A DNA stretch of 64,000 nucleotides from Vicugna vicugna (GCA_013265495.1 MU058584.1:248001-312000); one strand, 5' to 3'. Shown: positions 12,126 to 26,394, counted from the first letter of the stretch. Notes: generated by a model from the sequence alone, not told the origin. Numbers and translations: made by a program.

Positions 12126-13399
12126 AAGATAAATTGTTAGTCCTTTTCTCTCTCCACTTTTGAAAATTATACTATTGGCCATACTTTAACAGGAAAATAA
12201 GAGGAAATCTATTTTCCTACTGGTATCAAGCCATTTAAATGCCCTAGGTTAGGTGAGGGGTTATCCGCTCAGAGAAGACTCAGTCAGCAAGTCTAAGGGC
12301 TGGAAAATTCCCCTTCATTTTACAGGTGCGGGAAAGGCCGTGGAGGGTTGGTTCCTACCTGGCTGTTGCTCCGCCTCTTCAGCTTTCTGAGAAACCTGTT
12401 TTCTAATTCTTGTTTCCAAAGTTGAATCCCATGGTGAGGGAAGCTGCTTAGAGAAGTCCTGAATGTGCCCTGGGAGATGGCGTCCGACCACCCAGCTTCA
12501 GGCCTGCGGTCTCTCCTTCCGCTTTCTCCTTCCAGCATGTGGGAGGCCCCCGGTGAGCAGGTCCTCACCTCTCCTGAGTGGGCGTTAGGCTGCAGGGCAA
12601 TTAGATCACTCAGACACGCTGCAGCTGGCATCCCAGGGGCTGTTCCTCATGGCTCTGTGGCTTTCCCAGCAGGGGGAGCTCCCTGACAGCCGCCTCACTG
12701 GGGGTTCAGGAGGTGGAAGTGCCCCACAGAGGGGGCTGGGAGGAGGCTCAGAGGAGCTGCAGCAGAAAAACTGACCCTTAAGGAAGTGGCCATGTGAGTT
12801 TTCAGGCAGGACCCTGATCCCAGGGTCACTGAGGGGGTGAGGAGTTGCCTTCCTTACCTGCTGACCATCTCTGCCCTGGGACCCACAGATCCAGGCCGTG
12901 GACAATTAGGAAAGTCGCTTCCTTTGGCTTAGGCAATACGGCTGCCTGGTCCCCTGCTGTGCTACTTCAGCCTTGAGGCTCCTCATCCCAGGTTCTGTCT
13001 TTTCAGGAGAGACAACCCATGTCCTGGGACCCTACACCCTCACCTTATGAGCGAATTATTTTGCATGACACCTTGGGCCCTGTCTGAGCCCTGACCCTTC
13101 CTACTGACCCTGATTACTTGTTCCTGGGAACTTGAAGTCTGAGGTTTTCCTGGACACTGCAGGGCAGCCCAGCTTTTAGAAGGTTCACGCAGAGACCTGA
13201 GCAGTGGACAGACTGGGAGGCCCTGGCATCATATGGACAGCAGCAAAGAGCCTAAGCTGGGGGCCAGGCGCAGGTGGAAGAGGGGCGCACATCCGGCACT
13301 GGTCTCTGCACAGCCCAGCAGTGAGGTCCCAGGACATGTGAGGAGTGGGACAAGTCCTGGTCCAGGAGTCTGGCAACTGTAAATACATCACTTTACATA

Positions 13400-13438
13400 G
13401 ATGGATTGGTGGGTGGGTGGATGGATGGATGGATGGAT
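13400..13438. repeat. (GGAT/GGGT)n microsatellite
   Basis: Direct reading. Confidence 0.85.
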
Positions 13439-14263
13439 AAACATTTCTGTAAGATGTGAATTCCCCACTGGCAACTCCCCTCGTGACTTACCCCACTCCC
13501 TTAGAGCAGCCTACCTAAAGCTCAGGCTGACTCTGCTGTTTCCAGCTGAGGCCTGACAGAAGGGCCAGGGTCTAGGGAGGCGGTCCGACCACCACCATCC
13601 ACCAAAGACCTTTTGAACCCTGGACACACCATCTCCCCGCCTCTAATCACGCTGCGGCACCAAGCCTGCCAGGCACTAGCATCTGCTCAGGAGACCTGGA
13701 CCCAGACGGCCCCAAGGCAGAAAGAAGTCGTGTGGACATTTGTTATTTGAAATCGTTTAAGCAGAGAAAGCTGCTATCGGAGTGAGGGGTGGAAGCCACC
13801 CAGCGCCCAGAGAGGTGTAAGCGGCACAGGGACCGACTGGGGAGTGTGGAGGGGGAGGCGTCTGAGGTCTGTGCGGGCCTCGCCAGGCAGCAGCGGCTCC
13901 CTAAGCGGGGGTGGGGGGAGGTGGGGGGTGGACAGTGTAGTGACGTGATGTGCTCAGTTCCCACATCATCCTTGGGTTCTGCTCTCTACCCAGAACCTTA
14001 GGAGACACCTGTTCTGGCTTTTTCCACTTTTCTGTCTCCTGTTTTGTGTAATGTGGAGGAAAGGGCACACTTGTGGGCAGCAGGCACTGGACAGGGCTCC
14101 GCTGTGCCCGGGGAGGGGCAGCGGGTCTTCTCGTCCTGCAAACATTTCCCTCAGGGGCCTTGTCGTGGAACCAGGCCTTTCTCCTGAGGGGAAGCAGGAA
14201 AGGAGGGCTGGCTGAAAGTGAGTGTTCAGGACGAGGCAGAGGAGAGGACTGTAGGGAGGAGAG

Positions 14264-14293
14264 AGATTGATTGATTGATTGACTGATTGATTG
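14264..14293. repeat. (GATT)n microsatellite
   Basis: Direct reading; one gact interruption. Confidence 0.9.
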
Positions 14294-14679
14294 AAAGCTT
14301 CTTAAGAAGTACACAGTCAAGGTCACACTCACTCAGCTTCTTATTTTCAGCAGTGCCGACCACCAGCCACGTGGAGGACAACTGAGGAATGAATAGGCTC
14401 CTACATCTTGGGTAATGACCAGAAAAAAGCCGAACAGAGCAAGGAGGCTGGTATGACGGTGGAAGAGACAGGAAGGGATCAATGCCACAAAATTAAAGCA
14501 AGCACAGGGGTCAGCTCATTCCAAATACCCTCCAAGGAATCCCCTAATCAGGAGGGGAGATGCTGTCCCTGGGAGCAGCTCAGTGTGAGGACGATTCTAT
14601 GGAACACAGACCACGTCTCCTTCTGGCGGAGGGATCCAACCCCACCAAACATCAGTGCTAAACAAAAACGCATTTTGCG

Positions 14680-15166
14680 GGAGAGGGGTGATTTTAAATT
14701 TCTTCTTTATTTAAAAAAAAGCATTTTTCTGATTTAAAAAAAAAAAACTTCTCCAATACATAAACATTTTTTTCCCGCCCCTTAGCACTTCTTTCTTGCC
14801 TCTTTGACTCCTGCTCCTGGTGCCGCTGGACCTGCAAGACCCTGATGAAGAAACCTTCTCAGATAGAGATCCGGGAGCTGGAGGGGGTTGAGGGTTTGAA
14901 GGAAGGTGGTTACTGGTCAAAAGGAGAAGTTCATTTGCACAAAAATATAAACTGTGGAGGATGAGACCAGCACATACACGTGTGGATTGATCTACAATCC
15001 AGATAAAAAAAAAATAGACCCAAATTGTCATTTAGCACTTGCAATATTATACAAAATAATATATATATTTTTAAACAACACATACCCATCTACACATACA
15101 CACACACACAAACACACACAAGGTGCCAGTAGCCCCTCTGCACTTCTGCTTGTGGGGACAGGGGTG
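14680..15166 (-). other. OLFML2B: OLFML2B 3' UTR (3' end approximate)
   Basis: Lies between the stop codon and the AATAAA; U-rich tracts and a (TG)n run at ~15090-15120. Confidence 0.7.
14706..14711 (-). terminator. Polyadenylation signal AATAAA
   Basis: tttatt on the + strand, about 455 nt past the stop; GU/U-rich element (GCGTTTTTGTTTAG) about 35-50 nt downstream on the minus strand. Confidence 0.75.
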
Positions 15167-16050
<884 letters not shown>

Positions 16051-16279
16051 CAAGGGCCATGGGAAAGACTACTGTCTCCTGGACCAGACTCCAGGCTGTC
16101 TCCTGTCCCAGGGGCTGGGAAGGAGGGGCAGGGCTGAGAGATGAGAGAGCAGAGAACGTGAAGGAAAGTGGAAGAAGCTGTTGTCCTTCTTGTCCACTGT
16201 CTTCACCCTACGCGATCTGGCCATGATTAAACCGGAGGACAGTGAGGAAGGAAGAACTCCCTGAGTTGAACCCATATCA

Positions 16280-16606
<327 letters not shown>

Positions 16607-18736
16607 TCAGCATCATCCTCTGCTAGTCCTCTCATCCATCCTATATTTTACTCCTACAAAGCCATCTACTGTCATTGTCCTGGGCTACCTTCATGCCATC
16701 GTGCTTTGCTCCTGTTGTCCTCTTACCTCTCAATCCTACAAACTCATCCCTCAAGGATCTAAGTTCCAATGTCCTTTTCAGACACCACATCCTCCTATGA
16801 AAACCCATTCCATTCTATTGGATTCCATCCTGCCCCCATAGTACTGTGAATGTACCTCTATTACAGGACCTACTATCTTCGCTCAGTGATGCTTCTGCAT
16901 CTCTCTCCTGCCTCCGTGCCAACCCCTACCCCAGGGAGCAGAGTCTGGCTTTCCTCTTTGTGTCCTTGGTCCTCAGAATACACAGTGTCTGGCAGGTCAC
17001 AGGCCCTGAGCAGATGTTCTGAAACTTGGATGAATACACAGCAGCATGAGAAATGTGACCAGAGGAGAGGACTCCGGGGGTGTGACCAGGAACAGGGAGC
17101 CCCACCAGGCACTGAGCTGCCTGGAGGGTCTTGGCCCAGGCCACCAGCTCTGACTGTGCAGTAGATGTCATGTCCCTGAGGGCCACCTGCCAGGTTCCAG
17201 AGAGCTGTCCTCAAGCCTATGCCCCTGTCACTACTGTGGATGCCAGGGCCCCCTTCTGGGGAATTGGAGGGGTTGGGGACCAAGTTCCCACATAAGGAGC
17301 TTACTCTGGCTGTAGGAGCCTCCTTCAAAGGGCAAGTCTGCTTTAATTGGACAGGAACTCATCAATGTCCTTCTGAGTGGACAGGAGAGGCCCTCAAGGA
17401 CACTAGAACCATGTTGGATTTTAAACCAAGTCAAAAGCCTGCCTGAGTGCTTAATAGGCAGTATTAGCATTGAACATGGCTTTAAATGATACTGAAGTCA
17501 CGTGTGACTACTGAAAGCACATGCTCTTTCTGTCCCCACACTAGGCGGTTGTGGAGGAGATGGCAAGAGGGCAGTGGAGGGGGCATTGGGAGGAGCAGAT
17601 GAATCCAGCCCTCACAACTTCCCCCTACTCCTCCCGGCAGCTGAGAGCAGCAGAACACCCCTTACCTGCCATCAAAACTGGCACCCAGATGGGCAATAGC
17701 ACTGTGTGTCCTGGGTCCCTGACATTCACAGGGGACCCAGAGAACGAGGGCCAATAGTTCAGATGCAAGGTTCTCTAAACTCCAGGCCACCCCATCTCCA
17801 AATTGTTCCAACCTGTTTCATCTGCTCTGCTTCCCCATTAGTGGTCTGAGCTGGCAGGGCAGGGCAGGCACTGTGCCCTTGGCCCTGGGCCAGGGGAAGC
17901 CAGGCGGCTGAAAGTAGGATGAACACTGTTTCCCAGGCAGGCCCCACAGTTGGGTGCAATTGGCAGGATTCAGGCATCTCTGTGTGGGGTTTATTAGGTT
18001 CTGGTCTGACGGAGAGGTGGGGGGAGTCAGTCTCTGTAAGACAAACAACAGAGCCTACTAGCCAAAGCCTCATTCCCCACAACTGAGCTCGTCTGCTCAA
18101 GACAATAAAATAGAAGGCTCCGGCTGAGCCCGGGCTACAGAGGTCTGATGGAAAATGTCCCATTCCCTGGCCCTGAGTGGGGCCCTTGCTGCCAGTGGAC
18201 AAGCTATGCTTCCTTTGCACTGAGGTGAGCCCTAGTGTGCCATCCTTGGGGGGGCATTTTTATGTGCCCCTTTCCCCCAGAAAAGCCCAGCAAGGACACT
18301 GACTCCCTTTGTGGGAGGCAGCCCCCAGCCCATGACCAGGACCCCACAAATTGGCTGTGTGAGGCGAAGGGTTTCTTTCAGGGGGTCACCATGGCAATGC
18401 CACCTCTCTGCCCAGACATGGGAACTGCGGATGAGCGCCTGGAAGCAGGACTTATCTGTGTTTCCACGTACCGGGTTGCCCCAGGCAGCCCCCAAATCCT
18501 TACAGGGTCCTGTCTCAGCACTGAGGCTGTGCAATGACAGGGCCTTAATGTGGCGGTACAGTATGTGCCCCAGGCTTGCAGCCAGAAGCCTGGCATTGGT
18601 CTTGGCCCTGCTACTGACTCTGAAGTCTGTGCTGTCTCTAAAATGTCTGAGTTTTAATTTCTTCCACAGTATAACAAGTATAATACATACCCTATCTCCT
18701 TCACAAGAGTGCTTGGAGAATCTACTCTGATGATGA

Positions 18737-19212
18737 CGTGGTAGGCTGAGTAATTGCTCCCAAAGATATCCAGGTCCTAATCCCTGGAACCTATGAATAT
18801 GACTTTATATGGCAAAGGAGCCTTTATAGATGTGCTTACATCAAAGATCTTGAGATGGGAGACTATCCTGGATTATTCAGGTGAGTCCTCATCACAATGA
18901 CAAGTGTCCTCATAACAGGGAGGCAGAGGGAGATTTGACCACAGAAGAGAAGGCAATGTGATGATGGAAGCAAAGATCAGAGTGATGATGCCACAAGCCA
19001 AGGCATGCTGGAAGCCACCTGAAGCTAGAAAAGGCAAGAGATGGACTATTTGTTGGAGCCTCCAGAAGTAAACAGTCCTCTGACACCTTGATTTTCACCC
19101 TGTAAGCCTCATTTCAGCCTTCTTGCCTCTAAAGCTGTTAGAGAATAGACTTCTGTTGTGTAAGCCTTAAGTTTGTTGTAATTTGTTACAGGAGGCACAG
19201 GTGACTAATAGA
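18737..19212 (+). mobile_element. Solo MLT1C/D-type MaLR LTR
   Basis: Starts (c)gtggtaggctga..cccaaagatatccaggtcctaatccctggaacc and ends aatttgttaca...ctaataga; 5-bp TSD GATGA (18732-18736) / GATGG (19213-19217). Confidence 0.88.
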
Positions 19213-20967
19213 GATGGAGTCAGCTTCTGGAGTCTTAATTTTTGTAGGAAGAGCGGAGTCCCAGCTTGCAGCCTCAAAGCCCTGATACCCAGGACCTCAG
19301 GACGTATCTCCACGCGCCCTCAGACAGAGCAAACGCTGGTGGCACGGGGCAGGGGGGTAGGGAGGGTGGCGGTCAAGCACAGGCAGGTACGGTGGGACTG
19401 ATACGTGCAGTTTAAGAGCATGTGAAGATAGGTTCAAGGGAGAAGTTCAGCAAACCATGAGGCCCAGACGCATCACCACCGTCTGAGACTCTGAGGCAGT
19501 TCAGATGCTCCCACCCTTGGCAGCAAACTGTCAGCAAACTCCTTTTCAGGGGTAATGAGAGAAAGGAGGGAGAGAGTTCAAAGGCACTGCAGACAAAAGT
19601 CAGTGCTGTCTGCAATTCATCTGAGAAGTTTTCCCCCCGAGCGTGGTCTTGGGGGACAGTCCCTGGGCTGTCTCTACATATTAACTCATTTAATCATTTA
19701 CAGTCCTGGGAGATAGCCAGCCCTGTGTCAAAGGTCCCCAGGGTCTGAAAAGTAGGGGCTCTTCCTCTCAGCATATAAACCTGCTCAAATCTTGCCATCT
19801 AACAAAAATAAATCAGCACATAGGTGGCTCCCCCGCCCTCTGGGGCTCTCAGGTCATGGGGCAGGCTCCCCTGCACAGGGCGGGGAGCTCACACACCCCA
19901 CAGCCCCTCACCTGACTGCTGCCTTAGATGCTTACACACTGCCCGCCAGGGGTGTTCTCTGCTCCTTTCGTTCTTGTCAAGCCTGTCTCTTCTCTGAACC
20001 TGGGTACCACCCCCAGACCCCACCTACCCACCCACCTCCCTGCTCACGGGGCTTTCACACCCCTCTCCCAGTCTCCACCCACCTCCCTGGTCATACTGTC
20101 TTTGGCTGGCCCTCTTTTCTGCCCACCTTTCAAATGGTACCACTTAGAGCCCCACTTTTAGTCTCATCTCCTCATGTCCTTCCTGCGTCCCCTGGGCAAA
20201 CTCAGCTCTCACTGAGACTCTCAGCCAGAGTTTATTTCTGAGCAGTGGACAGCCAGCTGCCTACTAGACAATTCTCTGGTTCCTCCCAGTTCCTCAGATT
20301 TAATGGATTAAGAAATGGAATTCACTTATTCCAGTTCACAGTCCATTCCTCCTGTACTTCCTGTCCTGGAGAAAGACACAGCACATCATTACCCAAGCCA
20401 GGAACCCTGGGCCTCCTTGATGGCCCCCTCCTCCACTCACACACCTGTTGGTCACCATTTCCCACCTCTGCACCTCTCTGCCCTTCCCCTCCACCTCAGT
20501 GGCTTGGTTGAAACCTCATGGCCTCTTGCCTGGATCATTCCAATTACACCGGTGGTCCCTCTGGCTCATCTCTGCCTCCTTCTGACCTATCACCCCACCA
20601 GTAGTCCTGAGCTACTTTTCTGCTTAAATCCTTAAGTCACCATCACCAACCACCACATGAAGCCCTAAGTTCTACCCTAGCACCTCAGCCCCTTCTGCAT
20701 TTGCCATTACTTCTTGCCACCTCCTCTCCTGCGGAATTCTCAGACTCAAATGCCTTCGGGGGCCAAGCGGGGACTGAGAGGAGTGAAGCAGGCTGAGTGT
20801 GAGACAAGAAGCAGCAGCAGAGACTGGTGGCTGGGAAGAGCAGCTGATCTGAAGACATTTGAATTTAAGGCTGTCAAGAAATTTGAGGATGACTTTGGCC
20901 CTCAGGTTGCCAGCTTTGAGATCTCCTGCCATCCCTAACTGCTTGTATTCCCCATGGGTGCCCTGCC

Positions 20968-21824
20968 CAGGGCTGGCTTCGTGGGCACGTGACCTGTGCA
21001 GTCACACAGGGCCCTCATTCAGAAGGGCCCACCCTTGGTTTAATGCTCTGCTGTCACCATCTTGAAATTCTTAATAATTTTATCTTCAATTTTTGTTTTG
21101 TGAGAGACTCAAAGTGACGACAAGGCAAGTGTGTTGTCTCTACAATTGAGTAAATGACGCCTGTCAGCCCCAGAGGCCACACATGCTGTTCGAACCAGAA
21201 CTTGCTACGAACACAGAAAGAAGGCGGTGGTGGTCTAAGAAATAAGAATAACCAAGCAACCCTATCATTTCTTTCTTACTTGTGTCACTTCCTTGTCTTA
21301 GCCAACAACTCACGCTGAAAATGGTGCATAAGAGGGAAAGACAGTGCAACCCACAGTTCCTTTTCTTTTTAGCCTTCCTTACTTAGCAAGCCCCAGGGGT
21401 GCTTGTAAAATGTGCACATACCACGAAGTGACACAGCAACAGATGAGTTAGTTTTGTGCAGTGTTTCCTCTGTTCTACTGAGAACAAAATACATATGGAT
21501 GTAGGAACTATGAAATACGAATCGTGTCACTTTGGTAGAATCCACGTATGAGTTAAGTGACCCTACATTTGCAACTACAACTGGCAGTGCACAGTATCAA
21601 CACGAAAGACAAAATTCCTGCCGATTATTTACATTTTTAATGTTTCTTTGCTTACGGTGGCATGAAATAGCAAAGAAAAAACACCAAATGAAAGCGGAAG
21701 ACCGCAGAAGAAAGGAAACAGCTTTATACTCACTACCTTAAGTGGCACTTTTCTCCTGCTTTTTGAACGAGGGGCCTACATTTTCATTTTGCACTGGGCT
21801 CCACAAACTACACAGTCGGCCCTG
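20968..21824 (+). mobile_element. MER45-family (B/C-length) hAT-Tip100 DNA transposon
   Basis: Terminal inverted repeats CAGGGCTGGCT / AGTCGGCCCTG; 5' sequence matches the recalled MER45 consensus. Confidence 0.8.
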
Positions 21825-24800
21825 ATCAAACTGGTTCACTTCTGGTCCTTCTGTCAGCTGCGGTCCTTCTCACTGCAGTGCCTCCTTCCTTCCTGGTCAG
21901 TCTTCCCTCTCTCTCTCTCTTAGAATTAAGTCCCGGCTTCTCACTCCCTTCATCATCTGGCCCCTGTTCCGTAGGACTCCCAGTCTGTGCCAGGACGAGG
22001 GGGCCTTCTTCAGTCCCCCCACCCAACCCTGGCTTAGGCTGTCAGCTCTGCCCTGGTGCCCGCCCTTGGAGACGGAGCTCCACACTCAGAACTGGCCACA
22101 GGGCCGTGCACCTGGCCGCTGGCAGGCCTGGCCACTTCAGTCACCTGCACCCCCCGACGGCGACCCCTCTGTGGGAGTGACCACAGCTCGTGCACCTTCA
22201 CAGCCAGCATGGCATAGGGCTGAATGACCCTTTATCCCTGTGGAGAGGCGTAGACTTTCTTCCTTCTCTGTTTACAAGGAGCGTCTCCATTTTATATTCT
22301 TGTTTCTAGGGCCAGTGGCCCTGGTGCTCTGACTGGAGTTCCCAGTGGTTCCAGGGGGCTGGTGAGGTGGGCAAGGACTGAGAGCAGAGTGTGCCTGAGG
22401 AGCTGGGGGCCGGGGAAGCTGCCTGACAGATGACTCAGGGCGGCCGACTGTGACGATTCTTGGCGCCGTCGGGGGTCAGGCCAGCCTGGCCCCTGCCCGC
22501 GTCAGCACCACCTTCCTCAGGCCGCCTCAGACCAGGCCTGCTGACACGCGGCGGCGTGGCCGGCCACGGCCTGGGCACTGCTGAGGTCGTCTCCTTTTTG
22601 GGGAGACACTCTTCCTCCGATCAAGCTTCTTAGGTTCAACCACGAGGCAGGCCCTCGGGTATTGCTGTCCTTCTGACTGTCCTCATGACTGCTCCTCCCT
22701 GCCCCTGGCTCCAACCAACCTCTTCTACAACACTCAGCAGGAGGTGCAGTCCTTAGCGTCTGGGACTCCGCAGAGCCGTGGCCACGTGGCACAAGCATTC
22801 CCTTCCTCTGAGGTAGCCTGAGCAGACCTCTCCAAGCCGCTGAGCGTGGTGACCGGCCCCTTCCCCTCCCTTCCCTTTGTGAGCCCCGGCAACCCCCACT
22901 GACAGCGTCTTTCCTCGCGTCTTAGAGCTAGCGTGCTTTGTCCAAAAGTTAATTCTAATTTGCTCGTTTTTGGAGTTTTTCTGAGCATTTTACAATTCCC
23001 CAGAGGAAAATGATGGACATTTTAGGGCATCACAAAACCAAGTTTGGAAACAAGGGATAGGATGTTCCTTTTAAAAGCAGCCCCATTTAAAACCACTCAA
23101 ATAGCTCAAAGTCAAAATGGCCAGGCTCATTAAACAGCAAACAACCTTCCATAGGCAGCAAATCAGTGGCCTGGGTTGGTTTCAGCCAAATGATTCTTAT
23201 TTAACTGATGACTACATGTAGGGCATCACGGTCTTACTTGGCTAGGCTCAGACCATCGGGAAGTCTGCAGAGGTTTCAGAAAAGAAATACTGTCCACACT
23301 AACAGCAGCCTGAGAGAAGCACTTGACAGTGGTAAATGATTAAAAGTGATTCTTGAAAAAACTTGCCAAGACTCCACATTGCCCGAATAGCTGCCTTCTC
23401 TGTGCCACCCTCTCTTTTCATCCCTTGGTATTTGAAGAAACGTGACATTTGTGTCCACGTCCCCATGTTTTTTTCTGCAGTAGACACAAGAGGCAAGAAC
23501 TCCAGCTCTTCTGAAAAATCCTACAGGCCAGGTTTTACATCCTCTGTGACGATGTCATTCTGGTTGAACAGAATACTGAAAAACAAGAGTAAATGTATCC
23601 CCGTCTCCAGCTCCTACTGCCAGGCAAGTGTCTGCTGGGACACAGGTTTCTCCTCTCTGGGCATCAGCATCTCAGTCAGGCTGATGGACAGGGGTGGAGT
23701 CCTAAAAACCCGGGAAAGGTGCTTGTCAGGAGTTAAGCCTGAAAAGCCCACTGGGTGGCGACACCCAGCGGAGGCTGGTGGGGAGAGGCTGCGGGTGCTG
23801 GGAGCCAGGCTAGAGGTGGGCTGTGGAGACAGTGGAGAACGCCACTGCTGGCTAGGTAGTCTCCAAGGGAAGAGGGAGTCTCATCACTGAGGGTGTACAA
23901 GCGGTGTGCACGTACCTGCGGCCCACTCCACGATTTGCATAGAAGAGAAGCGGCTAGAAGCCACTTACAACACAAAACCATAGAATATAATGGAGGAAAC
24001 AGTCTAAAGCAAATTTTTAATTTCCGAGGTCTCCGGAAGGGTGGGGATCTGGCCCAGGTCAGAGATCAGCCTATAACCAGGGGTTTGGCTCCCGGCAGGT
24101 GGTCCCTCCACCGCCCGTCTCTGGCAGTAGCTGGCACCTTATTCCGAGGAGGGATCGCGAACGAGGTTGCCAGGGGAGCGGAAAGTGGGAAGAAGAGGAA
24201 GATAGGTATGAGGGAGACTGTGTCTTCTGTCAAATCCAGTACACTTTTCAACAAGTATTTTGATGAAATTATTTTCAATAGTGTTAACTTTCAATTACCA
24301 CCGGTGGTGACTTAATGAATATTCCGTTTAGTTTCTTTGGAAGAGACGCCTGTAGCCAGCTCCCGTTTCCTTCTGGTTGTCTTCCCCCCACTCTCTTATG
24401 TCTCACTGTCCTCAGAGTCATCTCATGGCCATGGAGCCCCCAGACACAGAACAGGGCTGCATTCTCTATGCTTCTGGAACATACCCTGCTCCTTTAAACC
24501 CAATAGTCAGAAGGCTTCTCTTCTCTGCTTAGAAAACTCCTGTTCAGCCTTCAAAACCCAGCCCAAAGGCTACCTCCTTAGAAAACCTTCCCCAGCCTTC
24601 CTAGCAGCCAGGTCAAGCTTCTGCTCCCTCTTCCATTTCTCTGTTTCTCTACTCCTCTGTTACAGCATTTATCACATGATGCTGTAATGTTTCCATGCTC
24701 TCTAAGGCCGGGGCTCTGAGATTGTTCCCTGGGGCCCACTGCACTGGTTGTTCCTTGTTCCCATTCTTCTGTTATTCTGGGATTCTTCCCCAACACCCGC

Positions 24801-24992
24801 CCCAATAAAAATCCCTTGTTATTTCACAGCCTGGTAAGCGTACTGCAGAAAACTTCACTTAGTCATCGCCAAATAACCAAATACCCAGTACCCATCACAA
24901 AGCCTAGTATACCAACACTTGGCAAATGTTTGTATTTCTAGGCTCAGCCTTTCACCCGAGCAGGGGATCCAAGCCAGATAGAATGAACTCAC

Positions 24993-25550
24993 CTATGACA
25001 TTCCGGATGTCATCTTCTTCCTCGGGGCTCAGGGTGGGGCTGGCGTGAGCTGTGCCCTGTCCAGCAGTAGCATCTTTCCCTGGTGAGTCTGTCCTGACTG
25101 TGGGGGGAGGGACCAGGGCCGTGTGCGGAGCTTCCACAAATACATCCCCAGGAGCCACTGATGGAGGAGCTGAGGCGGGAGGTTGCTGGGTGGCTGTGTG
25201 GGCCACGGTGGTGGCTGTGTGGGCCACGGTGGTGGCTGGTACCTGAGTGAAAGGTTGAAGGACTGCCTCCCGTGTGGGATCTGGCAACACTGAGGTGGTT
25301 TGTAATGGTGTTGAGAATTGTTCAACTGAGGCAGAGAGGGTAGGGTCAGGGAGGCCGGGAGCTGCGGTTGAGGCCTCTGGCCGTCCAGAAGGCTGGGCTG
25401 TGGTCTGAGTGCCAGCATCAGTTGTCACAGCTGCACGCTGACGGGTGGCTACTGGCCTCTGGGTGGCACTGGTCAGCAGGTCGTTGTGTCTCAGAAGCTG
25501 ATCTTCAATCAGCAAATCCACTCCGTGTTCACCACTGAAAAACTCGTCTT
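24993..25550 (-). CDS. OLFML2B: OLFML2B coding exon 6 (558 nt; (K)DEFFSGEHGVDLLIEDQLL... Thr/Pro-rich stalk ...EEEDDIRNVI(G))
   Basis: Acceptor TTTCCCAG|AA; donor ATAG|GTGAGT; phase 1-1; open in ORF 24952..25521. Confidence 0.95.
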
Positions 25551-25824
25551 CTGGGAAACAAACAAAGGTGCATTTGTGACTTAGGGAGAGGAACCAGGAG
25601 CATTTGGATGGGGCAGATTAATGACGGTTTCCTTCCTCAGCATGATGCCTTGATTTAGAGATGGAGCCCGGCTGGGGTTTAGAAAAAGGCAAAAAGGAGC
25701 ACAGATGGAAGCATTTCTTGGAGGATCTCTCTGAATAGACTGCCACTATCCTCCACATGGGACCCAGGGGCCACCAGGAGGATACACAACCAAAGGCTAT
25801 GAAACCTGGGAGGCAGCTAGTCCT

Positions 25825-26360
25825 CCATCCATTCATTCAGCAGCTATCTATGGAGCATGTACAACGACAGTGAGCAAAACAAAGATTCTGCCCTCACGGA
25901 GCTTCCGTCTAGTGCAGAGACACTGAGTAATAAACAGATTGTACACTTGAAGGTGCTATAGGAGAAATCTAGTAGGGTGAGGAGGGTCCAGAGAGCAAGA
26001 AGGGAAGGGAAACTTGCAGTAATGGATAAAGTGGTCAGGATGGGACTTGGTGGGATGGAGAGATGAACAGAGGCTTGAAGGAGTGAGGGGGTCAGCCAAG
26101 CAGCTGTCAGGGGGAATAGTTTTCCAGGGGGTGGGGATAGCAGCAGTGCAAAGGTCCTGGGGCCAGAACATGTCTGCTGAGGCTGAGGAGCAGTGAGGTG
26201 GACAGTGTGGACAAAACAGAGGGTGTGAGGAGAGAGTAACAAGAGGTGAGGCCAGAGAGAGCACAGAAGCTAGGTCATGTGAGGCTTGGCCGCTGTGTTT
26301 GGACTTCAGTTTTTATTCTGAGTGAAATAGGGGAGTTGGCAGGGTTTCGAGCAGAGAAGG
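25825..26360 (-). mobile_element. L2 fragment
   Basis: cattcattcagca...ctgccctcacggagcttccgtctagtg...tgcaaaggtcctgggg...ttttattctgagtga pattern. Confidence 0.75.
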
Positions 26361-26394
26361 AATATCCGGAGTGGTGGGGGGTAGGGGGAGAGGG

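Noticed and set aside
1..14600. Expected ATF6 terminal exon (human synteny)
   Set aside because: No ATF6-like coding sequence recognised; it probably lies outside the window, and UTR cannot be identified by eye
23363..24315. 175-aa and 140-aa plus-strand ORFs in intron 6
   Set aside because: Non-ATG starts, no splice or homology support, random-looking composition
25029..25418. 129-aa Pro/Gln-rich alternative-frame ORF in exon 6
   Set aside because: Off-frame reading of a low-complexity exon; no plausible initiation mechanism
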